NCBI GenBank assembly: GCA_944322775.1
Contig: CALUQA010000055.1
Span: 1-32,417, forward strand
Reading direction: 5' to 3'
From: an uncultured Elusimicrobiales bacterium
GTDB taxonomy: Bacteria; Elusimicrobiota; Elusimicrobia; Elusimicrobiales; Elusimicrobiaceae
Length of the DNA: 32,417 bases
Below, in pieces: positions 19,393 through 28,045 of the stretch (positions are counted from its first letter, which is position 1; each line of letters begins with the position of its first letter). Under the pieces are notes generated by a model, which did not search any database, was not told the origin of the DNA, and worked only from the letters and a program-made list of their open reading frames with translations. A program made the position numbers and the translations under genes.

Positions 19393-20213
19393 TTATCCTC
19401 CGAATTGGCCAGCAGCAGCCGCCCGAACAGCACATTGTGTTTGTGCCCGCCCATGCGGCAGGTAATTTTCAGTTTACCCAAGCGTTTGCCGATAAGGCAA
19501 AAATCGCCGACCAAGTCCAAAATTTTATGACGCACTAGCTCATCGGCATAGCGCAGTTCATTTAAAAATTTGTCTTTCCCGACCACGACGGCATTTTCCA
19601 AGCTGCCGCCTTTGGCCAGCCCGTGCGCTTTTAAGAAAGCCAGCTCTTCTTCAAAGCCAAAAGTGCGCGCGCGGGAAATTTGGTTTAAATAGTTTTCTTC
19701 CGTCAGTTCCACGGTGTATTCCTGCCGGCCCACCAGCGGGTGTTTGTGTTCGTACACAAACGTCACGGTCAGTTTATCGGCCGGTTCGGCCGCGTAGGAA
19801 ATGGGGCCAAAGGAATACGTCACCGGCTGTTTAAGCGTAAGCACGGGCACGTCGCCGGGCAGGTCTTTTAAGCCGGCCTGTTGCAAATGTTGTGCATACA
19901 CGCTGGAAGAGCCGTCCATCACCGGCGGTTCGGGGCCGTCCATTTCCACGGTAATGTCGGTAATGCCCAAAGCGTTTAAGGCAGAAAGTACGTGCTCCAC
20001 TGTCCACACTTCGGCAGTGTCGTTTTTCAAATTGGTGCCGCGCAGCGTGGAGCCCACATGGGCCAGGTCTGCCTTAATGGGCAAAGAGCCGGCAATGTCC
20101 GTGCGGACAAAATGGATGCCGTCTTCGGCGGGTTTAAAGGTCATGACGGACTTTACGCCCGTGTGTAAACCCACGCCGCTGACGCTGACGGGCTGTTGAA
20201 TGGTTTTTCTCAT
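19389..20213 (-). CDS. lpxC: UDP-3-O-acyl-GlcNAc deacetylase
   Basis: GVGLHTG, TVEHVLSAL, EPPVMDGS, ISRARTFGF, RHKILDLVGD, GGHKHN. Confidence 0.95.
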   Translation of the reverse strand: MRKTIQQPVSVSGVGLHTGVKSVMTFKPAEDGIHFVRTDIAGSLPIKADLAHVGSTLRGTNLKNDTAEVWTVEHVLSALNALGITDITVEMDGPEPPVMDGSSSVYAQHLQQAGLKDLPGDVPVLTLKQPVTYSFGPISYAAEPADKLTVTFVYEHKHPLVGRQEYTVELTEENYLNQISRARTFGFEEELAFLKAHGLAKGGSLENAVVVGKDKFLNELRYADELVRHKILDLVGDFCLIGKRLGKLKITCRMGGHKHNVLFGRLLLANSEDK

Positions 20214-20214
20214 A

Positions 20215-21240
20215 TTATTTTTCCACGGCCTTTTTAATCAGTTTCAATTCTTTATAAATTTCCGGCAATTTGCCTTGCACGGCCAAAATGCGCAGCATTT
20301 CTTTCATCGGTTTGGCCGGCGTGCCGAAATAGGGCACCCCGTCGGGAATGTCGCACGTAACGCCAGACTGGGCGGCAATTTGCACTCCGTTGCCAATGTG
20401 CAGGTGGCCGATAATGCCCACCTGACCGGCGGCCACAACGCCATTGCCCAGCGTGGTAGTGCCGGCAATACCCACCTGGGAGCACATAATGCAGCCTTGA
20501 CCTACCTTTACATTATGCGCAATTTGGACGAGGTTGTCCACCTTGGTATTGGCGCCCACCACCGTGTGGGCCAGCTTGGCGCGGTCCACGCAGGAGTTGG
20601 CCTGTATTTCCACATCGTCTTCCAAAATAACATTGCCGATTTGCGGAATTTTGTGATGGCGTCCTTCATGGAAAATAAACCCAAAGCCGTCGTTGCCGAT
20701 TTTGGCCCCCGGCTGCAAAATGACGTGGTTTTTAAGCACGCAGTCTTCGCGCACCACCACTTGCGGATACAAAATGCAGTCTTGACCGATTTGCACGCGC
20801 TTGCCAATATAAACTTGCGGGAAAATGACGGTATTGTCGCCAATGACCACATCGTCTTCAATCACGCTGTAAGCGCCCACGGATACGTTGGCCCCCAGTT
20901 TGGCCAGCGGGCTGATGACGGCCGTGGGGTGAATGCCAGGCGTATATTTTAAGGTTTGTTTATCCCAATACTGCACCAAAAGCGTAAAGGCCCATTCGGG
21001 GTTTTTGACATACAAAAAATTGGTTTTTAAAGGAATGTTTAAGCCTTTTGCCGTTTCGGGCACGATGACGGCGCCCGTTACAAAACCGGGGGGAATGACC
21101 ACCTTTTCTATATGGCTGACATAGCAAATGCCGTCGGCCTTGGGTTCGGCCAAATCGCAAATGTGTTTAATGACAAAATTTTCGTCTCCAACCAGTTCCG
21201 CGCCGGTAATTTCGGCCACTTTTTTTAGGGTGAGTTCCAT
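20215..21240 (-). CDS. lpxD: UDP-3-O-acylglucosamine N-acyltransferase
   Basis: GIHPTAVI, IGNDGFGF, KIPQIGNV, KVDNLVQIAHNV, AGQVG..GHL. Confidence 0.95.
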   Translation of the reverse strand: MELTLKKVAEITGAELVGDENFVIKHICDLAEPKADGICYVSHIEKVVIPPGFVTGAVIVPETAKGLNIPLKTNFLYVKNPEWAFTLLVQYWDKQTLKYTPGIHPTAVISPLAKLGANVSVGAYSVIEDDVVIGDNTVIFPQVYIGKRVQIGQDCILYPQVVVREDCVLKNHVILQPGAKIGNDGFGFIFHEGRHHKIPQIGNVILEDDVEIQANSCVDRAKLAHTVVGANTKVDNLVQIAHNVKVGQGCIMCSQVGIAGTTTLGNGVVAAGQVGIIGHLHIGNGVQIAAQSGVTCDIPDGVPYFGTPAKPMKEMLRILAVQGKLPEIYKELKLIKKAVEK

Positions 21241-21252
21241 GGTATCCTCCGG

Positions 21253-22224
21253 TTATTTTTTCTTCCGGTATTTTTTAGATTTTTTCAGCGTGCTGATAAA
21301 ATCTTTCGTTACGTTGACGGGGTTTTGCCCGTAGAGAATTTGGTCCTTGCGCACCACAGCGCCAATATTGCGCTTTTTGGCAAAAGACTTGATTTCTCTG
21401 TAAATGTCCTGCAAAATGTTTTTTACTTCTTCTTTTTCCAAATTTAAAATTTCTTCCCGCGTCTGATACTTATAATTATCAATAAAAAAGTTGCGTTCTG
21501 CAATAATTTTTTTATTGGCGGTAATGCGTTCCGTAATATCTTCCAGCCTTGCCGGCGAATTGAGAGGCGATGTGGTAATCATTTCGCTTCCGGCGAAAGT
21601 CAGGCGGTTTAAGGTGTTGAGCAAATCCAAACCGTCTGCACTTTCGGGTATTTTGGGCAGCAAAGGCTGATCTGTAATGATCCTTTCATAAAACGGCTTC
21701 AGTTCCGCCAGCTGGCGCGAAAGCATATCGTTTTCTGCCGTCAATGCCTCAATGACTTCTTTAGCGCTGTCCACTTCGCGTTCTTTGGAGCGAATTTTTT
21801 CGTCAATTTGTTTTTTGACGGACTGTGTGCGCGGATGCTGATTAAAAGCTTCATCAATATCTATAAAAGCGACGGTCATATTTTGTTGCGCGTCGTTTTC
21901 CTGCGGGGGTTCTTTGTCCGTTTTTGCGTCCGTTTTATCCGGCGGCGCGGCATTTGCGGTCGCGGTTTGGTCGCTCTCCGTTTCCTCGCGTTTTTGTTCT
22001 TCCCATGCCTGCTGTTTTGCTTGTTCGGACAATTTGATGTCTCCATTGGCGTCTTCCGATATTTGTGTTTTGGGCGCCTGCATGGGCGGCTGCTGTTCGG
22101 CGTTTTTAGCTTTAATGGCTTCCACCACGGCCAATTCCTGCGGCGTAAATTCGTCTATGGACGTTTCTTGCGCCATGGCGTACGCTCCCGACAGCAACAA
22201 AATAAGTAATAAACTTTTGCGCAT
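21253..22224 (-). CDS. skp: OmpH/Skp family periplasmic chaperone (extended)
   Basis: Signal peptide; VAFIDIDEAFNQHP and C-terminal FAKKRNIGAVVRKDQILYG..VNVT match Skp ends; lies between bamA and lpxD. ATG at 22224 preferred over 22230 for RBS spacing. Confidence 0.75.
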   Translation of the reverse strand: MRKSLLLILLLSGAYAMAQETSIDEFTPQELAVVEAIKAKNAEQQPPMQAPKTQISEDANGDIKLSEQAKQQAWEEQKREETESDQTATANAAPPDKTDAKTDKEPPQENDAQQNMTVAFIDIDEAFNQHPRTQSVKKQIDEKIRSKEREVDSAKEVIEALTAENDMLSRQLAELKPFYERIITDQPLLPKIPESADGLDLLNTLNRLTFAGSEMITTSPLNSPARLEDITERITANKKIIAERNFFIDNYKYQTREEILNLEKEEVKNILQDIYREIKSFAKKRNIGAVVRKDQILYGQNPVNVTKDFISTLKKSKKYRKKK

Positions 22225-22236
22225 AATCATATCCTA

Positions 22237-24600
22237 CTACAGCATGTTGGAAACATTGAAGTAGAAATGAGAGCGGTCTTCGCTTCCTTTATGGTTCAAT
22301 CCGTAACCCCAATCAATGCGTATGGGCAAGGACGGTGTAGTAAAACGCAGCCCTACGCCCACGCCGGCTTTGAACTGGTTTTCATCCGGTCCGAGCGAAA
22401 ATTCCAAGTCGTCAAAATGATTCCAAGAGTTACCTAAGTCAAAGAACAAGGCAAATTGAGCCATATTGCGCCGTCCCTCTCGTGCCAGCGGGAAGCGCAG
22501 TTCCGCATTCATTACGTAATAGGTGGTGCCGCCGAATTCAGGCCCCACTTCTCCCGCGCGGTCATAACCGCGTACGGTGTCGGCTCCGCCTAGGAAAAAT
22601 TTTTCATAAGGGGGAACTTCGTCCGTACGGCCGTAAGAACGTACGGCCCCGATTTTATTTGACCAGACAAACACAATGGGATAATTGCCGCCTACGTTCC
22701 AAACCGTATGATTAAACACGGTGGAAGCGTTCAGGTACCATAGATCCAAATCTCCCCCTACAGGGCCTCCGGCCAAAGACAGCCCCAGTGAATGACGCCA
22801 TCCCGTAGTCGGGTCCCATATATTGTCGCGCGTATCTATGGCAAAGTCGGCGCTTAGCGTGGACATGTAGGTGTCGCCTTTGGCTATATAGTTATCCATT
22901 CCGGGCTGGGCGACGGGTTCTTTGAAGCGGTCGTCAATATCATAAATGTCAATATTTTCAAACGAATAGCCAAAACTCAGCTGATAAATATCATCGTTAA
23001 AGCGCGGGCCTATGCGTATGCGTCCGCCTATGCGTTTTTCGGTATAGGCTTGGTTTTCATTTGCGAAAGAGCGGTATCTGCGCGTATTAAACAAATCAAT
23101 GCCCAGAGAAGTGGGTTTATTGTAAATCCACGGCGTGGTCCAACTGACGGTATAGTCTAAAATTTCCTCGCCGAACATGGTACGCAGAGACAGACGCTGT
23201 GCGCGGCCAAAGAGGTTAAGATGGTTCAGGGACACTTCTCCGTATAGTCCGTCCAAGGAACTCATGGCCAAGCCGGCGGTAAACATGCCAGGGCGTCCTT
23301 CTACGACGTTGAAATTCAAATCTACTTTTTGCGGATCGGCCGTCGGTTGTATGTCTATTTGTACGTCGTTAATAAAACCGAGATTGAGGATTTTGGTTTG
23401 GCTGCGCTGGATTTTTTGCGAATCGTACAAGTCTCCGGGTTTTATGGAAAGCTCGCGCGTAAAAACATATTTTTTTGTACTTTCGTATCCTGATACGTCT
23501 ACATGATCCACGTAAAAGATATGACCTTCTGCAATATCGTAATGGATATTCAATTTGCCGTTTTCTATGGTGGTTTGCGGATTTACGCGCACCTGCAGGT
23601 AGCCTTTATTGGCGTATTGCTGCTGGATGGCCATAATGGTGTCGTCAAAATCTTTTTGGTTATACTGTTTGTTTTCTCGGATATATACGTGGTCGTCCAA
23701 TTCCTGCTGGGTAAACACGTTGTTGCCTTCAAAAGATACGGTTCCAAAGTCCAGCTTTTGACTGTCCGTAGCCTGATAGGTCAGCGTAACGGCGGTTTTA
23801 TCTTCGTTTATGTCCACTTGAGGTTGGCTTAAATTAAATTCGGCGAAACCTTTATTGCGCGCGTATAAAATCATCTTAACCCAATCGCGCTGCAGATTCT
23901 GGGGTTTGAATATTTTGTCAGGGCGGTTTGACGCCTTTTTGCGAATTTTTTCCAACGGCAGCTGTGTGTTTTCGGGCAAACCTTGCAGATTCAGGGCCGC
24001 CACGCGCATGCGCGGGCCTTCTTCTATAATCAATTTGACGGTAACGATATTATTTTTTTCGTCTGGTATAACTTCATAATTTACTTCCGCGCTGATATAA
24101 CCTTTTTCCGCATATTTGGCTTTAATGCGTTCCATGTCGCTTTCCAGCTTGGCTTCGTTGAAAGGGTCTCCTATTTTCAGCGTCATGGCTGTGGCAATGG
24201 CGTTTTTGCCCAATTTTTTACGGCCTTCATAAACTATGCGGTCGAAAATCGGTTTTTCTTCCACGATATAGGTGATGCGATGACAAGGATATTCTTCGCC
24301 GAACTCGTCTTTGCGGGAGCCCTGCATGCGCGATACATCCACTTGTACGCTGTCAAAATTTCCCAGCGCCGATACGTCCATAATGTCTTCATTTACGGAA
24401 TAGCGTTCGTAGAGCTGGCCTTTTTTGGAATGGGCGGCTTTGGTAACGGTTCTTTTGCTGATATTGCGCAAACCGTCCACGGCCACTTCGCACACCATCC
24501 ACGGGCCGTTCGGATCGATATCATCCGCGTCCAAGCTCCAACCCCAATAGGGGGTGGCCAACAATAAAAGCAGAGGCGTCCACTTCTTAAGAAATAAAAT
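22237..24600 (-). CDS. bamA: Outer membrane protein assembly factor BamA (start extended to ATT at 24600)
   Basis: POTRA repeats (YAEKGY, YANKGY, RELSIKPGDLY), FFLGGADTVRGY, GVGLRFTTPSLPIRIDWG. Extension to ATT restores a signal peptide and an RBS. Confidence 0.93.
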   Translation of the reverse strand: MLFLKKWTPLLLLLATPYWGWSLDADDIDPNGPWMVCEVAVDGLRNISKRTVTKAAHSKKGQLYERYSVNEDIMDVSALGNFDSVQVDVSRMQGSRKDEFGEEYPCHRITYIVEEKPIFDRIVYEGRKKLGKNAIATAMTLKIGDPFNEAKLESDMERIKAKYAEKGYISAEVNYEVIPDEKNNIVTVKLIIEEGPRMRVAALNLQGLPENTQLPLEKIRKKASNRPDKIFKPQNLQRDWVKMILYARNKGFAEFNLSQPQVDINEDKTAVTLTYQATDSQKLDFGTVSFEGNNVFTQQELDDHVYIRENKQYNQKDFDDTIMAIQQQYANKGYLQVRVNPQTTIENGKLNIHYDIAEGHIFYVDHVDVSGYESTKKYVFTRELSIKPGDLYDSQKIQRSQTKILNLGFINDVQIDIQPTADPQKVDLNFNVVEGRPGMFTAGLAMSSLDGLYGEVSLNHLNLFGRAQRLSLRTMFGEEILDYTVSWTTPWIYNKPTSLGIDLFNTRRYRSFANENQAYTEKRIGGRIRIGPRFNDDIYQLSFGYSFENIDIYDIDDRFKEPVAQPGMDNYIAKGDTYMSTLSADFAIDTRDNIWDPTTGWRHSLGLSLAGGPVGGDLDLWYLNASTVFNHTVWNVGGNYPIVFVWSNKIGAVRSYGRTDEVPPYEKFFLGGADTVRGYDRAGEVGPEFGGTTYYVMNAELRFPLAREGRRNMAQFALFFDLGNSWNHFDDLEFSLGPDENQFKAGVGVGLRFTTPSLPIRIDWGYGLNHKGSEDRSHFYFNVSNML

Positions 24601-24626
24601 AAGCCGCTCCTTTGCAGATTTTCAGC

Positions 24627-24658
24627 AAAAAAGCCCGCGCCATATAACCGCGCGGGCT
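24627..24658 (-). terminator. Rho-independent terminator after rpmB
   Basis: AGCCCGCGC (24632-24640) / GCGCGGGCT (24650-24658) stem followed by a T-tract on the minus strand. Confidence 0.75.
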
Positions 24659-24694
24659 GACACTGTCAGAAAACAAAAACAACGCCAAGACGAC

Positions 24695-24889
24695 TTATTT
24701 AGTCGGTCTTTTGGCCAGTCCGCTTTTAATGCAATTGGTGCATACGTAGGCCGTCTGCGTTTTGCCTTCCAGTACCACTTTCTGTTTTTGCAGGTTGGGG
24801 TTGAAAGTGCGTTTGGTTCTGAGGTTGGAGTGGCTGTAAGAACCGCCGGATACGGGGCCTTTGCCACAGATTGCACATTTATACGCCAT
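24695..24889 (-). CDS. rpmB: 50S ribosomal protein L28 (zinc-ribbon type)
   Basis: CAICGK..SHSNLRTKRTFNPNLQ...VCTNCIKSG; GGAAGGA RBS. Confidence 0.96.
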   Translation of the reverse strand: MAYKCAICGKGPVSGGSYSHSNLRTKRTFNPNLQKQKVVLEGKTQTAYVCTNCIKSGLAKRPTK

Positions 24890-24958
24890 AAATTCCTTCC
24901 TTACTATTGAGTTAAAATTCGCTTTTTATATTCTAGTAAATATTCTCGCTTTTGTCCA

Positions 24959-25900
24959 TCAGCGGGCGGATTCTTTTGGCGGGAAAATTTTGCTGGCAAA
25001 AATAGACAGCGCCAAAATAGAAACGATAATGCCCAGCGACAGCGGCACGGGTACTTTCACGTGATGCGAGATGAGCATTTTTACGCCCACGAAGAACAAA
25101 ATAACGGATATGCCGTATTTGAGATACGGGAAACGTCCCGCCATGCCCGAAAGCAGAAAGTATAGCGAGCGAAGCCCTATAATGGCAAAAATATTGGAAG
25201 AATATACCAAAAATGTATCGCGCGTGATGCCCAATACGGCGGGAATGGAGTCTATGGCAAAAATGACGTCGGACATTTCCACCACCAACAGCGCCGCAAA
25301 CAGAGGGGTAGCCATCCATTTGGCATTTTCTTTGACGAAAAAATTCTCTCCGTGATAATCGGTTTTAATGGGCATTATTTTTTTGAAAACTTTCAGAATA
25401 AACGAATTGCCGGGGTCCATTTTTTCGTCTTCTTTTTGCAACAGCATTTTGGCGGCGGTAAAAATCAGCAGCGCACCGAAAACGTAAATCATCCATGCAA
25501 AAGCGGAAATTAACTGTACGCCGACGAAGATAAAGATAAAACGCATGATAACCGCTCCCAAAATGCCCCATAACAGCACTTTAGGCTGCAAATCGTGCGG
25601 TACGGCAAAATATCCAAAAATCATAATGAACACGAACATGTTGTCTATGGACAAGGAATATTCCAATATGTAGCCTGTATAAAACTCCAGCGCATGCCGC
25701 GGCCCTTCAAAAAGCCATATCGCGCCTCCAAACAAAGCCGCCAAAGATACCCAAGCCGTTACCATAACGGCGGCTTCTTTAATGGAGACGTGGCCTTTAT
25801 GTTTGTTCAGTACGGCCAAGTCAATAAACAGTGCGGTTAAAACGACTATCCAAAATGAGACCCACATCGCAACGGATACGGTGGTGGTAACAGGTTCCAT
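24959..25900 (-). CDS. TerC/Alx family integral membrane protein
   Basis: EFYTGYILEYSLSIDNMFVF, VLLWGILGAVIMR, DVIFAIDSIPAV, SNIFAIIGLRSLYF. Confidence 0.93.
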   Translation of the reverse strand: MEPVTTTVSVAMWVSFWIVVLTALFIDLAVLNKHKGHVSIKEAAVMVTAWVSLAALFGGAIWLFEGPRHALEFYTGYILEYSLSIDNMFVFIMIFGYFAVPHDLQPKVLLWGILGAVIMRFIFIFVGVQLISAFAWMIYVFGALLIFTAAKMLLQKEDEKMDPGNSFILKVFKKIMPIKTDYHGENFFVKENAKWMATPLFAALLVVEMSDVIFAIDSIPAVLGITRDTFLVYSSNIFAIIGLRSLYFLLSGMAGRFPYLKYGISVILFFVGVKMLISHHVKVPVPLSLGIIVSILALSIFASKIFPPKESAR

Positions 25901-25944
25901 ATATGCTCCGATGATAATTAAGGATAAATGCAGACAAAAAAAGA

Positions 25945-26192
25945 AAAGCAGTTTGCCCGCTTTCCGGCTTTTATTCGCTTTGCGAATAAATTAAGCCGAG
26001 AATGGGAGTCCCCTGCGGTAAAATTCCTGACGGAATTTTCCTTCGGGCCGGACCTCGCGGTTTTTGCCTTTCGGCCTAAGGCCTCAAACAAAAACATCGC
26101 TCCGGTCTTCGCCTCCCAACGCGGGCAAAGCAGTTTGCCCGCTTTCCGGCTTTTATTCGCTTTGCGAATAAATTAAGCCGAGAATGGGAGTC
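25945..26192. repeat. 66-bp perfect direct repeat (25945-26010 and 26127-26192; period 182 bp) containing the tRNA-Thr 3' end
   Basis: Both copies read aaagcagtttgcccgctttccggcttttattcgctttgcgaataaattaagccgagaatgggagtc; the last 17 nt are the complement of the tRNA 3' end. Confidence 0.95.
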
Positions 26193-26248
26193 GAACCCAC
26201 AACCTACGGTTTACAAAACCGTTGCTCTGCCAGTTGAGCTATCTCGGC
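26176..26248 (-). tRNA. tRNA-Thr (anticodon UGU), CCA not encoded
   Basis: GCCGAGA TAGCTCAACTGGCAGAGC A ACGGT-TTTGTAA-ACCGT AGGTT GTGGG-TTCGACT-CCCAT TCTCGGC T folds as a cloverleaf. Confidence 0.97.
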
Positions 26249-26265
26249 GTAATTTCTTTCTTATT

Positions 26266-26274
26266 ATCTTATCA
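26266..26274 (-). promoter_or_regulatory. Putative extended -10 for tRNA-Thr
   Basis: TGaTAAGAT on the minus strand ~18 nt upstream of the mature 5' end. Confidence 0.4.
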
Positions 26275-26312
26275 AATTTGCCTGCCGGCCGACAAACCTT
26301 TCAGGCGTATTG

Positions 26313-26321
26313 TGCTACAAT
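26313..26321 (+). promoter_or_regulatory. Putative extended -10 for the tldD-like operon
   Basis: TGcTACAAT followed by a GGAGGA RBS and ATG at 26348. Confidence 0.5.
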
Positions 26322-26347
26322 AATATATATCTCGGCGGAGGATTTTT

Positions 26348-28045
26348 ATGAAAATACACTTTTTGGCGGTTTTGCTTTTGTGCCCGATAACGGCTTTTGC
26401 ATCGGTCAATTGTGATATTCAAAAAGAACTGCCCTTACAATTGATGGGGCAGGAGTTAAAGCGCAGTTTTAAGATATTAAAAAAACAAAACCCGCCCATT
26501 TACTATCTTTCCTATACCTATAAAACGGGAGAAAATGCCGTTTTGGCGGTGGCGTACGACGGTGTAGCCATCAAACGGCAAACGCCCGTATCCACAGCGG
26601 AGGTAATGGCCCGCGCCGGCAGTGCCAAATTAGACAATACGCACGCTTTGCGCGCCGAACGCGAAAACTGGGCTTTGCCGGTTTGGACGGCGCCTATACC
26701 CGACGCCGCCGATCCTAAAGGTTTTTTAAGCGCTTGGTGGCGCGGCACGCAGCAAGCGGCCGAGAATGCGCAAAGGGATTTCAGCCGCGTACAGTCTAAT
26801 GTCCGTACCATGGCAGCCGTGCGCGATCAATCGGATGATTTTGTTTTTCCTCCGAAAGAAACCTATTGCCGTACGGAATCTTTGCAAACGGTGGATTTGG
26901 ACAAGTATGACCCCTTGCTGAGGGAAGCTTCCCGCTTGGTGCGCGGAAAAGATTTTGTGCTGGGAGCTTCTTTTGTCATCAGTGTGGAACAGGGACACCG
27001 GTATTTTGCGGACAGCCAAGGCACGCGTCTGAAAACGCCTTATGCTTTTTTCCGTTTGTCGTATCAGCTTTCCGGACGCGGGAAAGACGGACTGGAGATC
27101 AGCCGCGACGGTATTTATGACGTGTTTTCTCCGCAGGATTTTCCGTCCCGCGGACGGCTTTTGGCAGATGTAGGGCAATCTTTGCGCGAGTTGGAAGAAC
27201 TGTCCAAAGCGCCGGAGGGGGAGCCTTATAGTGCGCCTACCATATTAAAAGGTCGCGCCGCCGCCGTATTCGTACATGAAGTGATGGGACACCGTTTGGA
27301 GGGATATCGTCTGAAAAATGCGGGGGACGGACAAACGCTGGCCGGCAAAGTGGGGCAGCAGGTTATTTCTCCGCTGATTACCATTACGGCCGATCCGACC
27401 CAAACGGCTTTTAAGGGGGAGCCATTGCGCGGACATTATGTTTATGACGACGAGGGGGTAAAAGCCCACCCAGTTACTTTGATAGAGAACGGTGTGTTAA
27501 AAAATTTTCTTATGCAAAGCAGCCCCATAGAGGGGTTTGCTCATTCCAACGGACATGGCCGCAAAGAAACCGGCTACCGCGCCGAAGCCCGCATGAGCGT
27601 GATACGCGCCACGGCGTCAAAAACGGTTCCTTATGAAAAGTTGGAAGAAATGCTGTTGGAAGAAATTAAGCGGCAGGGAAAACCCTATGGGTTTATTGTG
27701 GATGATTTGGGCGGCGGTTTTACGTTGACAGGTACGGGACTGCCGCAAAGTTTCAAGTTGCAGGCCAAGCGCGTTTTGCGCGTGTATCCGGACGGGCGAA
27801 AGGAAGTCGTCCGCGGACTGGATGTCGTGGGAACGCCGCTGGTAAGCTTTAATAAAATTTTGGCGGCGGGGGATGATGATACGCTGTTTAACGGTTCCTG
27901 CGGAGCGGATTCGGGCTGGGTGCCACAAAGCAATATCGCGCCCAGTTTGTTGTTTGAGAATTTAGAAATGGAAAAAACTCAAAAAAGTGATTTTAAGCCG
28001 CCGCTGTTGCCGGCTCCTGACGTGCAAAAAGGGGGAAAAGAATGA
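26348..28045 (+). CDS. TldD-family metalloprotease with N-terminal signal peptide
   Basis: VHEVMGHRLEG (HExxGH), YDDEGV, LIENGVLKNFL, SNGHGR, GSCG, APSLLF; signal-like MKIHFLAVLLLCPITAFA. Confidence 0.88.
   Translation: MKIHFLAVLLLCPITAFASVNCDIQKELPLQLMGQELKRSFKILKKQNPPIYYLSYTYKTGENAVLAVAYDGVAIKRQTPVSTAEVMARAGSAKLDNTHALRAERENWALPVWTAPIPDAADPKGFLSAWWRGTQQAAENAQRDFSRVQSNVRTMAAVRDQSDDFVFPPKETYCRTESLQTVDLDKYDPLLREASRLVRGKDFVLGASFVISVEQGHRYFADSQGTRLKTPYAFFRLSYQLSGRGKDGLEISRDGIYDVFSPQDFPSRGRLLADVGQSLRELEELSKAPEGEPYSAPTILKGRAAAVFVHEVMGHRLEGYRLKNAGDGQTLAGKVGQQVISPLITITADPTQTAFKGEPLRGHYVYDDEGVKAHPVTLIENGVLKNFLMQSSPIEGFAHSNGHGRKETGYRAEARMSVIRATASKTVPYEKLEEMLLEEIKRQGKPYGFIVDDLGGGFTLTGTGLPQSFKLQAKRVLRVYPDGRKEVVRGLDVVGTPLVSFNKILAAGDDDTLFNGSCGADSGWVPQSNIAPSLLFENLEMEKTQKSDFKPPLLPAPDVQKGGKE

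Noticed and set aside
25901-25944. yybP-ykoY (Mn) riboswitch upstream of the TerC gene
   Set aside because: Common for alx-type genes, but the leader is short and I could not recognise the consensus; an Infernal search would settle it.
25945-26192. Prophage or genomic island attL/attR
   Set aside because: Only 116 bp lie between the copies and there is no integrase; kept only as an alternative explanation.
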